From assembly GCA_017883165.1 (NCBI GenBank), contig JADGOC010000002.1, positions 5,277 to 69,276 of the forward strand: a stretch of 64,000 bases of DNA, read 5' to 3'. The notes beneath the pieces were generated by a model that saw only the letters and a list, made by a program, of their open reading frames with translations, did no database searches and was not told the origin of the DNA. Shown piece by piece: positions 11,347 through 20,150 of this stretch. The translations under genes and the position numbers were made by a program. Position 1 is the first letter of the stretch, and the number at the start of each line of letters is the position of its first letter. Source of the stretch: Acidobacteriota bacterium. Its GTDB lineage: Bacteria; Acidobacteriota; Vicinamibacteria; Vicinamibacterales; CAVVIG01.

Positions 11347-11432
11347 CTGCGCCCACCGGATGCCCGGGCTCGTCAGACGCAGGTCCGGACCGCCGGAGGG
11401 CGGCTCGGGCGGAGACGGCGGACCGCCCCACG

Positions 11433-12224
11433 CTAGAGCTTGAGATACTCCCGCAGCCGGCGCGTTTGCGTCCGGCTGACCGGAATCTCCGTCGCCTTTT
11501 CGTCTTTCATCCGCAGAATGTAGTTCCGACTGAACCAAGGGACGATCTCCTTGATCTTGTTGATGTTGACCAAATGCGATCGATGCACGCGCCAGAAGAC
11601 GCTCGGGTCGAGCCGCGCCTGCAGCTCGTCGAGCGTGCGGTAGTTCGACGTGCCCGCGTGCTTCGGCGTCACGACGGTGATGCTGTCGTCGGCGAGCGAC
11701 GCATAGATGATCTCCTCGGCCTGGACGAGGAGAAACCGCTCACCGACCTTGATGGCCAGCCGATCGCGCCGGCTCTGCTTCTCCGCGACCAGCTGCACGA
11801 TCTTCTCGAGCTGATCGGTGTCGACGCCGGTCGCGCCGCGGTGGACCGGCAGGTCCGCCGAGATGCGCCGCCGCGCGCGCTGCACGGCCACTTCGAGCCG
11901 GGACGGATCGACCGGCTTCAGCAGATAGTCGACCGCGTTGACCTCGAACGCTTCGATGGCGTGCTGATCGAAGGCCGTCACGAAGATGATATGCGACGAG
12001 GCGCGCGCGTCCACCATCCGGCGCGCCACCTCGAACCCGGTCAGCCCCGGCATCTGCACGTCCAGAAAGACGAGATCGGGACGGAGGCGCTCGATCGTCG
12101 TCAGCGCTTCCAGTCCGTTGCCGGCCTCCCCGATCACCTCGACGCCGCCGACCTGCCCGAGGAGATAGCCGAGCTCGTCGCGCGCCAGCTGCTCATCGTC
12201 GACGAGAACCGCTCGTAAGTCCAT
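11433..12224 (-). CDS. LytR/AlgR (LytTR) family response regulator
   Basis: Receiver domain (VLVDDE...DLVFLDVQMPGLTGFEV) plus a LytTR DNA-binding domain (IKVGERFLLVQAEEIIYA...FWRVHRSHLVNINKI). ATG 12224 lies 2 nt after the kinase stop. Confidence 0.9.
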   Translation of the reverse strand: MDLRAVLVDDEQLARDELGYLLGQVGGVEVIGEAGNGLEALTTIERLRPDLVFLDVQMPGLTGFEVARRMVDARASSHIIFVTAFDQHAIEAFEVNAVDYLLKPVDPSRLEVAVQRARRRISADLPVHRGATGVDTDQLEKIVQLVAEKQSRRDRLAIKVGERFLLVQAEEIIYASLADDSITVVTPKHAGTSNYRTLDELQARLDPSVFWRVHRSHLVNINKIKEIVPWFSRNYILRMKDEKATEIPVSRTQTRRLREYLKL

Positions 12225-12226
12225 GG

Positions 12227-13573
12227 CTACGCGGTCACGCGCTCGGGAATCGAGAGCTCGGGAATCTCGAGGCTCACGCAGGTGCCCTGGCCGGGGACGC
12301 TCTTCAGCTTGAGCTGATAGTTCACACCGTAAATCGTCCGCAGCCGTTCGTTGACGTTGCTCAGCCCGATGCCGCCGCCCAGCGCGTGCTCCAGCCCTTC
12401 TTCGGTCATCCCGAGCCCATCGTCTTCCACCTGGATGATCGTATGACGCTCCCGCAGGATGCTGCGGATCGTGATCCGTCCCTCGCCGATTTTTCGGGCC
12501 AGGCCGTGCTTGATCGAGTTCTCGACGAGCGGCTGCAGGATCATGCTCGGCACGATGACGTCCAGGGTATCCGCGCTGATCTCTTTGATCACCTTCAACT
12601 GCGGACCGAAGCGTACCACTTCGATGTCCAGATATTCGTCGATCGAGGCCAGCTCCTCGCGCAGCGTGACGAAGTGGTCGGTGCTGCTCATCAGACGCCG
12701 CAAGAGGCCCGAGAGCTTGGTGATGAGCATGCGCGCCGTCTCCGGCTGCGTGCGGATGAGCGAGGAGATGGAGGTCAGCGTGTTGAACAGGAAATGCGGG
12801 TTGATCTGATTCGCCAGCGCCTCGATCTTCGCCGCGAGCAGCAGCTTCTCCTGCTCCTGCAGGCGGTGTTCGATGCGCGCGTTGTTCCAGATCTTGATCG
12901 GCGTCGCCACGGCCAGCACCGTCGCCAGCAACACGACGCCCATCATCCAGGGCGAGCTCGACGGCAGATACGGTTTCCAGTAGTAGAACAGCCGGTGGTT
13001 CACGCTCCACCGGAAGCCGAGGCTTTGCCGCAGCACCTCGAGGGCAATGGGCGCCAACAGCAGCAGGACCTGCCAGTCGACCTGGAAGCTGCGCACCATC
13101 TGCCAGACGCGGCGGGGAAGGCTGGTGAACACGAAGGGCGAGAAATGCCAGATCGCCTCCTTCGGGCACAGCTCGCGCAGGCCTCCGCCCGCGAAGCCGC
13201 AGCCGACCGCAAAGGGGAGCGCGATCCACTCGCCGTTGCCGAGCGGCGGAATGCCGACCATCAGGCCGACCGTCGCGCCGGCGTACGGGCCGGCGATGAG
13301 CCCTGCCAGGAACGCGCCTTCAAGTGTGAGATCGGCCGCCTCGTATTTGAGCAGCAGCCGCGCGACGACGCCGGCCGTCAGGGGAATGCCGAAGCTCAGG
13401 GCGAACACCAGGCGATCGGGCCAGTCGCGGCGCTCGAAGATCAGGATGTGCCGGAACCGCCGGTACCGGACGAGCATCGTCGCCAGCGCGGCCATGGCCG
13501 CCAGCTTGACGACGAGCGTCGTCAGCAGCAGCTGCTCGGCGGAGAGCCCGGAGATGAACGTCTCGTCCTGCAT
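12227..13573 (-). CDS. LytS/YehU-type sensor histidine kinase (5TM receptor domain)
   Basis: Multi-TM N-terminal domain, then a His_kinase box (NPHFLFNTLTSISSLI) and HATPase_c (ENSIKHGL...DDGLGM...GGGIGLSNV). Confidence 0.9.
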   Translation of the reverse strand: MQDETFISGLSAEQLLLTTLVVKLAAMAALATMLVRYRRFRHILIFERRDWPDRLVFALSFGIPLTAGVVARLLLKYEAADLTLEGAFLAGLIAGPYAGATVGLMVGIPPLGNGEWIALPFAVGCGFAGGGLRELCPKEAIWHFSPFVFTSLPRRVWQMVRSFQVDWQVLLLLAPIALEVLRQSLGFRWSVNHRLFYYWKPYLPSSSPWMMGVVLLATVLAVATPIKIWNNARIEHRLQEQEKLLLAAKIEALANQINPHFLFNTLTSISSLIRTQPETARMLITKLSGLLRRLMSSTDHFVTLREELASIDEYLDIEVVRFGPQLKVIKEISADTLDVIVPSMILQPLVENSIKHGLARKIGEGRITIRSILRERHTIIQVEDDGLGMTEEGLEHALGGGIGLSNVNERLRTIYGVNYQLKLKSVPGQGTCVSLEIPELSIPERVTA

Positions 13574-13614
13574 GGATTTACATGATCTTAGCGGGCCGGG
13601 TAAACTGAGAGCAA

Positions 13615-14055
13615 ATGGCTATCCTCCGTCCTTTCATTATCGGCTTCGCGACGACGCTCAAGCACGTGTTCAGGAAGCCGATTACGGTGAACTATCCGGC
13701 GCAAAAAGTGCCGATGTTCCCCAAATACCGCGGTAAACAGGTGCTGATGCGCGACGAGAACGGCCTCGAGAAGTGCGTGGCTTGCGGGCTCTGCTCGGTC
13801 GCGTGCCCGGCCGACGCCATCTACCTCGAAGCGGCCGAGAACGACGGCACGGTCCAGGCGGGTCCGCGCTACGCGTCGGTCTACCAGATTCACAAGACGC
13901 GCTGCATCTTCTGCGGCTACTGCGAAGAGGCCTGTCCGGTCGGCGCGATCTTCATGGGCAAGGACTACGAGTTGGCGGTGTACAAGAAAGCCGACTTCAT
14001 CTGGGACAAACAGGACCTGCTGGTGCCCGCCGCGACCACGCCAGCCGCGCGCTAA
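13615..14055 (+). CDS. nuoI: NADH-quinone oxidoreductase subunit I-like 2x[4Fe-4S] ferredoxin
   Basis: 146 aa. NuoI-type N-terminus (LKHVFRKPITVNYP), RGKQVL..DENGLEKCVACGLCSVACP and CIFCGYCEEACP cluster motifs. No other nuo genes adjacent. Confidence 0.8.
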   Translation: MAILRPFIIGFATTLKHVFRKPITVNYPAQKVPMFPKYRGKQVLMRDENGLEKCVACGLCSVACPADAIYLEAAENDGTVQAGPRYASVYQIHKTRCIFCGYCEEACPVGAIFMGKDYELAVYKKADFIWDKQDLLVPAATTPAAR

Positions 14056-14056
14056 C

Positions 14057-14749
14057 TTGCAGATCGGCGCTCTCGGCGATATCCACGGCGCGTTCGACAC
14101 GGTTGACGACCTCATGAAGCGCCACGCCGACGTGCCGCTGTGGGTCTCGGTCGGCGACGTCGCCAGCAACGCCGGCGAGTACTTCACGCCGCTCGCGCCG
14201 CTCTACTGGATCAAAGGCAACAACGAGGACTTCGATGTGATCGCCGCGGCGCTCGCCGGGCGGCCGCCGGCGCCGACGCTGCACTATCTGGCCAACGGCG
14301 GCCCGCATCAGGTCGGTCCGTGGCGGGTCGCCGCGCTCGGCGGCACGTTCGCGCCCAGCTGGTATCACTCGCCGGCCGCCGCGCTGCCGCCGTCGAAGGG
14401 ACGCAAGACGACGGCGGCGCTCAAGCTGGGGAAGAGCCGCGACGACAAGCGGCGTCACTTCGTCCGCGACGAGGTCGTCGTCTGCAAGGGGCTCCGGAAC
14501 ATCGACCTCTTCCTGACGCACGAAGCGCCGCGTCCGTTCTATCCGGCCGGGCGGCGGATCGATTCCGGCAAGACGGTCATCAACGAAGCGCTGACGGCGA
14601 TGCGGCCGCGGCTGCACCTCTTCGGCCACCACCACGAGTTCACCGACACGGTCCGTCAGGGGATCCGCTCAATCGGTCTCGACGTGGTGACGCGGTCGTA
14701 TCTGGTCATCGACGCCGAAACCCTCAAGTGCGAGAGGCTGGACACTTGA
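14057..14749 (+). CDS. metallophosphoesterase family protein
   Basis: GDIHG, VGD, GNNED, LTHEAP and GHHHEF metal-ligand motifs in the canonical order. TTG start 1 nt after the nuoI stop. Confidence 0.8.
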   Translation: MQIGALGDIHGAFDTVDDLMKRHADVPLWVSVGDVASNAGEYFTPLAPLYWIKGNNEDFDVIAAALAGRPPAPTLHYLANGGPHQVGPWRVAALGGTFAPSWYHSPAAALPPSKGRKTTAALKLGKSRDDKRRHFVRDEVVVCKGLRNIDLFLTHEAPRPFYPAGRRIDSGKTVINEALTAMRPRLHLFGHHHEFTDTVRQGIRSIGLDVVTRSYLVIDAETLKCERLDT

Positions 14750-14750
14750 A

Positions 14751-14830
14751 ATGGGGTAATGGGGTAATCTGGTGATGGGGTGATGGACGCGGTTTCCCCA
14801 TCATTCCACCATCACATCACCACATCACCC
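14751..14830. repeat. intergenic short tandem repeats forming a long imperfect inverted repeat
   Basis: ATGGGGTAA x2 and GGTGATGG x2 on the left arm; CCATCA/CCACCATCAC/ATCACCACATCACCCC on the right arm. GTGATGG (14772-78) can pair with CCATCAC (14809-15), and TGATGG (14781-86) with CCATCA (14798-803). Confidence 0.8.
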
Positions 14831-14839
14831 CTTCACCAC

Positions 14840-16705
14840 ATGCTGAAACCCTTCCTCGAAGCCCTTGACGACCGTGTGCTCGTGTGTGACGGCGCGATGG
14901 GGACGATGCTGTACGCGAAGGGCGTCTTCATCAACAAGAGCTTCGACGCGCTGAACGTGACGCAGCCGGATCTGGTCGCCGAAGTGCACCAGGAATACGT
15001 CCGCGCCGGCGCCGACATCATCGAGACCAATACCTTCGGCGCCAACCGCATCAAGCTCGGATCGTTCGGCATCGCCGACCAGCTGCACGCGATCAACGAA
15101 CAAGGGGCGCGCATCGCGCGCCATGCCGCGCGGGAGAGCGCGTATGTCGCCGGCTCGATCGGACCGCTCGGTATCCGCATCGAGCCGTGGGGCAAGACCG
15201 GCGTGGATGAGGCGCAGCTGTACTTTCGCGAGCAGGCGCAGGCACTCGAGGAGGGCGGCGTCGATCTGTTCATTCTCGAGACCTTCCGCGATTTGAACGA
15301 GATAGGTGCGGCCATCGACGCGGTGCGCAGCGTCTCCGGCAAGCCGATCATCGCGCAGATGACGACCGAAGAGGACGGCAACACGCTCGACGGCACGCCG
15401 CCCGAGCGCTTCGCGCCCGAGCTCGAGCGCCGCGGCGCGACGCTCATCGGCGTTAACTGCAGCGTCGGCCCGGCGCCGATGCTCGAGACGATCGAGCGGA
15501 TGACGGCGGTCACCAAGCTGCGCCTCGCGGCGCAGCCGAACGCCGGCAAGCCGCGCGACGTCGAAGGGCGCAATATCTATCTGTGCTCGCCCGAGTACAT
15601 GGCGTCGTACGCGCGCCGCTTCATCCTGCACAACGTCCGCGTCGTCGGCGGCTGCTGCGGGACGACGCCCGAGCACATTCGGCAGATCAAGGCGGCCGTG
15701 CGGACGCTCGCGCCCGGCGCGCCGGCCCCGCGATCGGCCGCAATACCCCCGACGTCCGCCACAGGGGCGGCGGCGCGTCCGCCGGCGGCGGCAAGCGCCC
15801 GGCCTGTGCCGCGCGAGGAGAAGTCGAAGCTCGCCCATGCGTTGGCGCACGGCAGGTTCGTCGTCGGCGTCGAGCTCCTGCCGCCGCGCGGCCATCAGGT
15901 GGATCAGATCATCGCGCGGGCGCGGGCGCTCAAGGCGCGCGGCGTGGACGTCGTCAACATCCCGGACGGACTCCGCGCAGGCGCGCGGATCAGCGCGCTC
16001 GCGCTCGCCGTGCTCGTCGAACAGCAGGCGGGGATCGAGACCGTGCTGCACTACTCCTGCCGCGACCGCAACCTGCTCGGGATCCAGTCGGATCTGCTGG
16101 GCGCGCACGCGATGGGGCTGCGCAACCTGCTGCTCATCACCGGCGATCCCGGGCGCGTCGGCGATTATCCGGACGCGACCGCGGTCTTCGACGTCGATTC
16201 GATCGGCCTGACCAACCTCGTCTCGCGCCTGAATGAAGGCTGCGACCTCGGCGGACAGGCGATCGGCCCGCCGACGGCGTATCACATCGGCGTGTCGGTC
16301 AATCCCGCGGCGTCCAATCTCGACGAAGAGTTGCGGCGCTTCGAGTACAAGGTGGCGGCGGGCGCCGAGTTCGTCGTCACGCGGCCCGTGTTCGACGTGC
16401 GGGGGTTCGAGCAGTTCCTGAAGCGCATCGCACCGGCGAAACTGCCGGTCGTGGCGGGCCTCTTCCCGTTCGAGAGCGCGCGCAACGCCGAGTTCATGGC
16501 CAACGAAGTGCCGGGCGTCCGCGTGCCCGACGCGCTGCTCGATCGGATGCGTTCCGCCGACGGCCCGAAGGGCGGGGCGACGGAAGGAATCGCCATCGCG
16601 CGCGAGATTCTGGCGGAGTTACGGGGGGCGGTGCAGGGGATTCAGGTGTCGACCGCCTCGGGCAACATAGACGCGGCCCTCGCGGTCCTCGATGGACTTC
16701 GCTGA
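14840..16705 (+). CDS. bifunctional homocysteine S-methyltransferase / 5,10-methylenetetrahydrofolate reductase (YitJ-like)
   Basis: N-terminal Hcy S-methyltransferase domain (LVCDGAMGTMLY...ETNTFGAN...VGGCCGTTPEHI) fused to a C-terminal MTHFR domain (GVELLPPRG...VVNIPDG...HYSCRDRN...LLLITGDP). ATG 14840 preferred; track start 14780 lies in a repeat. Confidence 0.88.
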   Translation: MLKPFLEALDDRVLVCDGAMGTMLYAKGVFINKSFDALNVTQPDLVAEVHQEYVRAGADIIETNTFGANRIKLGSFGIADQLHAINEQGARIARHAARESAYVAGSIGPLGIRIEPWGKTGVDEAQLYFREQAQALEEGGVDLFILETFRDLNEIGAAIDAVRSVSGKPIIAQMTTEEDGNTLDGTPPERFAPELERRGATLIGVNCSVGPAPMLETIERMTAVTKLRLAAQPNAGKPRDVEGRNIYLCSPEYMASYARRFILHNVRVVGGCCGTTPEHIRQIKAAVRTLAPGAPAPRSAAIPPTSATGAAARPPAAASARPVPREEKSKLAHALAHGRFVVGVELLPPRGHQVDQIIARARALKARGVDVVNIPDGLRAGARISALALAVLVEQQAGIETVLHYSCRDRNLLGIQSDLLGAHAMGLRNLLLITGDPGRVGDYPDATAVFDVDSIGLTNLVSRLNEGCDLGGQAIGPPTAYHIGVSVNPAASNLDEELRRFEYKVAAGAEFVVTRPVFDVRGFEQFLKRIAPAKLPVVAGLFPFESARNAEFMANEVPGVRVPDALLDRMRSADGPKGGATEGIAIAREILAELRGAVQGIQVSTASGNIDAALAVLDGLR

Positions 16706-16797
16706 TAGACCAGATGTATAGTCGCAGGGCTGCCGATGCGGCCGCGAGTTGGCACGTGTAACTCGCTGGCCGATCACGACATCGCGGTAGAGGCAAT

Positions 16798-17478
16798 TTG
16801 ATGGCTTTATTTGAGCCGCACGATGAGGGCGACGCCGCCACCCGAGCACTGTCGGTAACGGCGGTTGAGAACGACTTCGTCGAGCGCGTCTACGAGAAGA
16901 TCTCGACCGTCTACGATCTGACCTTCGGCCCGACGCTCCACCCCGGCCGCGTCGATGCGATTCGGCGAATGGCGGTCAAGGCTGGCGACCGCGTGCTCGA
17001 GGTTGGCGTAGGCACCGGCATCAACGCGGCGTTGTATCCCCGCGACTGCACCGTGACCGGCGTCGACTTTTCGACGCCGATGCTGGAGAAGGCGCGCAAG
17101 CGCATCGCGCACAAGGGCGTCCGCAACATGCGGCTGCTCGAGATGGACGCAGCCGACCTCAAGTTCGCCGACAACAGCTTCGACATCGTTTACGCACCCT
17201 ACGTCATCAGCGTCGTCGCCGACCCGGTGACAGTGGCGCGCGAGATGTACCGCGTGTGCAAGCCGGGCGGACGCATCGTCATCCTGAACCACTTCCGAAG
17301 CGCCAGCCGGATCGGCGCATGGCTCGAGCGCATCATCGCGCCGTTCACGCTCTTTATCGGCTTCAAGTCGGACGTCGATCTGCCGGCCTTCCTGGTTCAG
17401 GCCGACCTGCACCCCATCTCGATCGAGAAGGTCAACGTCCCGCGCATCTGGTCTTTGGTGACCTGCGTCAAGTCGTAG
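16798..17478 (+). CDS. class I SAM-dependent methyltransferase (PmtA-like phospholipid N-methyltransferase candidate)
   Basis: VYDLTFGPTL...GDRVLEVGVGTGIN SAM-binding motif and D-F-S acidic loop. Overall layout is like bacterial phosphatidylethanolamine N-methyltransferases; the substrate is not provable from sequence. Confidence 0.75.
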   Translation: MMALFEPHDEGDAATRALSVTAVENDFVERVYEKISTVYDLTFGPTLHPGRVDAIRRMAVKAGDRVLEVGVGTGINAALYPRDCTVTGVDFSTPMLEKARKRIAHKGVRNMRLLEMDAADLKFADNSFDIVYAPYVISVVADPVTVAREMYRVCKPGGRIVILNHFRSASRIGAWLERIIAPFTLFIGFKSDVDLPAFLVQADLHPISIEKVNVPRIWSLVTCVKS

Positions 17479-18783
17479 CTAGAACGGCGCTTCGATCGAG
17501 GGGCTCTGCGGCGTGAAGAGCTCCGCGCCCGATTCGGTGATGTGCATGTCGTCCTCGAGCCGCACGCCGAACTCTCCGCGAATGTAGATCCCCGGCTCGT
17601 CGCTGAAGACCATCCCCGGCTGCAGCGTCAGCGCTTTCGTCCACCCGAACATGTTGTTCTTCACTAGGTACGGCCACTCGTGGCCATCCATGCCAATGCC
17701 GTGTCCGAGCCGGTGGCTGAAATACTTGAAACCCGGGCCGTAGCCGGCGTCGACGATCACCGTGCGCGCGGCGGCGTCGATGGCGTCGAGCGCGACGCCC
17801 GGCTTCGCCGTCTTGAGCGCCGTCGCCTGCGCGAGATGGACGATGTCGAAGACCTTCTTCATCTTGTCGGTCGCCTTGCCGAGGACGAACGTGCGGGTGA
17901 GATCCGACTGATAGCCTTCCACCGTGCACCCGTCGTCGATCATGATGATCGTGCCTTCGCGGATCGTCTGCGGTTGAATCGATCCGTGCGGCAGCGCCGT
18001 GTATTCGCCGACCTGCACGCTGGCGCCGCCCGGGAATCCCAAGCGTCCGTACGCGGCGCTGATCAGGGCGCCGACTTGATTCTGTGTCATCCCGTCTGAC
18101 AGCGCGTGATAGACCGCTTCGTACGCCTTGAGCGTCACCTGACACGCGAGACGCATCAGATCGGCCTCGTGTTTGTCCTTGATCATTCGGCAGCCGGCGG
18201 TGACGGGCGTGGCGCTCGTCACGTGCATCGCCGGCGCGGCGCTCGCGATGCTGTCGGCGAACACGAACTTCGACGTCTCCTCGATCCCGATCCGGCCCGA
18301 CGTGACGCCGCGGTCCTTGATGCCCTGCGCGACGCGCTCGAACGGGCTCTCGTCCTCCTGCCACGTCCGCACGTCGGAGGAGGCGAATGGCCCGGTCGCG
18401 AGCAGCTCGCGCGCGCGATCTTCCTCGAACGCCGGGCAGACGGTGAACGGCTCGCCCTTCGCGGGCAGCACGATCGCGAACAGCCGCTCGCTGCCGCCCC
18501 AGCGCATGCCGCTGAAATAATTGAGCGACGTCCCGCCTGTGAGGACGATGGCGTCGAGCGTGTTCTCCGTCATCAGGCGGCGCGCCCGCTCGACGCGCGC
18601 GCGGCGCTCGTCGTTGGTGATTGGCTTGGCCTGGTCCCGCATCGACGCGAGCGCGGCGATGCCGGGAGGCAGCGGCCCGGTCTGGCCGCCGCCGCGGCCG
18701 CCGCGCTGTGCGGAGAGGCGGATGGTCGGACCCAGGGCGCCGGCTGCGCCGGCGAGCGAGAAAAACGTGCGGCGAGTCAGCAT
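17479..18783 (-). CDS. M24 family metallopeptidase (Xaa-Pro aminopeptidase/creatinase-like), Tat-signal
   Basis: Twin-arginine-like signal MLTRRTFFSLAGAAGALG. Creatinase/prolidase N-domain, then pita-bread domain motifs (IDDGCTVEGYQSD, HRLGHGIGMDGHE, SDEPGIY, VRLEDD). Confidence 0.85.
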   Translation of the reverse strand: MLTRRTFFSLAGAAGALGPTIRLSAQRGGRGGGQTGPLPPGIAALASMRDQAKPITNDERRARVERARRLMTENTLDAIVLTGGTSLNYFSGMRWGGSERLFAIVLPAKGEPFTVCPAFEEDRARELLATGPFASSDVRTWQEDESPFERVAQGIKDRGVTSGRIGIEETSKFVFADSIASAAPAMHVTSATPVTAGCRMIKDKHEADLMRLACQVTLKAYEAVYHALSDGMTQNQVGALISAAYGRLGFPGGASVQVGEYTALPHGSIQPQTIREGTIIMIDDGCTVEGYQSDLTRTFVLGKATDKMKKVFDIVHLAQATALKTAKPGVALDAIDAAARTVIVDAGYGPGFKYFSHRLGHGIGMDGHEWPYLVKNNMFGWTKALTLQPGMVFSDEPGIYIRGEFGVRLEDDMHITESGAELFTPQSPSIEAPF

Positions 18784-18787
18784 GGGC

Positions 18788-19834
18788 TTACCTTACCAGA
18801 TTCAGGATCGCTTCCGCCGCGACGTGGGCGCCGTCGGTGCGCGGGCGGTCCGGCGGCGCCGGCTGCGCCAGCAGCGCGCCGATCGCCGGCTCCCAGCGTC
18901 CCGCCAGCAGATCGTCCTGCGGAAGGTAGCGGCAGCGCAGCACGCGCGGCATCTCGGCGACGAGGACGTCGTATTCGACGAAGCGGCCGCGCGAGGTGTA
19001 GAGCAGCGGCGTTCCGTTCGCGAGGCACTCGGAGATGATGCCGTAGCCCGGTTTGCCGACAACGAGGTCTGCGGCGGCGACGAGATCCGGATAGCGCAAA
19101 CCGTCTGGCAGCGTGTCTCCTCCGATGACGGCCAAACGGCCCGACCGAGTGACTTCGTCGATCGGCAGCCCCGTCGTCCCGTAACCGCCGAACGCGGTGA
19201 GAACGACGGGGCGATCGCCGGCGACGCCAAGCGTGCGCCGCGTCTCCGCCGGATCGCGGACCGATCGACGCGCGATGAACGGAATATCGCGCGTCACCGT
19301 CTTCATCGTCTCGAAGCCGCCGTGCATCGGCAGGCGCAGAGCCAGATCCGCTGATGCGTACGCCTCCCCGATCCGCGGGATGACGTCAGGGGCCAGCCGC
19401 GCGAACGCCGGATAGCCGGCGTAAATCCAGTCCCACGTGAAATTGCCGACCGCCACCGACGTCACGCCCGCGCGCGCCGCGGCGGCGAAGGCGAGCGGCG
19501 GAATGTCACCGACGACGACCGATGCGCCGGTGGCGCCGAGGATCGCGGCCTCGTCGGCGACGCGGCGATCGAAATCGCGGTAGAACGCCGCTGCGCGGCG
19601 CGCGGTGTCGTCTTCGTCGAGATGCAGGCTGTCGATTTGCGCGACACCGGTGTCGGTGTCGATGGGCTGCACGTCGAGGCGGACATCCGCGGAGCGTTCG
19701 AACAGCGCGCGCGCGACCGCCGTGCGGACGACGATGTGTGCGTCCGGCGCGAGGCGGCCGATCGTGTTCATCAGTTCAATCGTTCTGGAGGCGTGTCCGA
19801 AGCCGTGGCCGGAAATGTAGACGACGAGGGTCAT
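18788..19834 (-). CDS. GT-B-fold glycosyltransferase-like protein (MurG/UDP-glycosyltransferase superfamily)
   Basis: N-terminal VYISGHGFGHASR motif and C-terminal GKPGYGIISECLANGTPLLY nucleotide-sugar-binding-like block. ATG 19834 preferred over the longer track start. Confidence 0.6.
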   Translation of the reverse strand: MTLVVYISGHGFGHASRTIELMNTIGRLAPDAHIVVRTAVARALFERSADVRLDVQPIDTDTGVAQIDSLHLDEDDTARRAAAFYRDFDRRVADEAAILGATGASVVVGDIPPLAFAAAARAGVTSVAVGNFTWDWIYAGYPAFARLAPDVIPRIGEAYASADLALRLPMHGGFETMKTVTRDIPFIARRSVRDPAETRRTLGVAGDRPVVLTAFGGYGTTGLPIDEVTRSGRLAVIGGDTLPDGLRYPDLVAAADLVVGKPGYGIISECLANGTPLLYTSRGRFVEYDVLVAEMPRVLRCRYLPQDDLLAGRWEPAIGALLAQPAPPDRPRTDGAHVAAEAILNLVR

Positions 19835-19916
19835 GTGTCTCGACGTACAACGTAGAGCACGCTGAGCCCACAGAGCGAGGCACACACGGGTTGTTCGGCG
19901 CCAGTCTGAAGATTGA

Positions 19917-20104
19917 TCATTGCGGCAGCGCGACTTTCAACACGTCCATCAGCGTTTCTGCCGGAACGAACGTCATCCCGTTGCGACTTCGGGCGGAAGC
20001 TCGATGTAGGCGCGGATCATCTGGTACTCGGGTGACGCCGGCGTCATCCGTTCCAGCCGATCCACCTCGCGCGCGGCGATCGCGGCGACCGCTTCGGGGA
20101 GGGC
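19917..20104 (-). pseudogene. lon: relic of a Lon protease gene (two short Lon-like fragments in different frames)
   Basis: Frame A reads LPEAVAAIAAREVDRLERMTPASPEYQMIRAYIEL, which matches the Lon segment ...[26 protein letters not shown]. Frame B reads GMTFVPAETLMDVLKVALPQ-stop, which matches the Lon C-terminus (...IHPVKRIEEVLTLAL). The AAA+ and protease domains are absent. Confidence 0.55.
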
Positions 20105-20150
20105 TGGGGTAGGTGCGGACGGGTTCGGACGCCATGATCTTTGATTATAT

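Noticed and set aside
14750-14839. Possible SAM riboswitch ahead of the YitJ-like Hcy-methyltransferase/MTHFR gene (S-box regulated in Bacillus).
   Set aside because: The spacer is only 90 nt, is made of short tandem repeats, and lacks SAM-I/SAM-II conserved cores.
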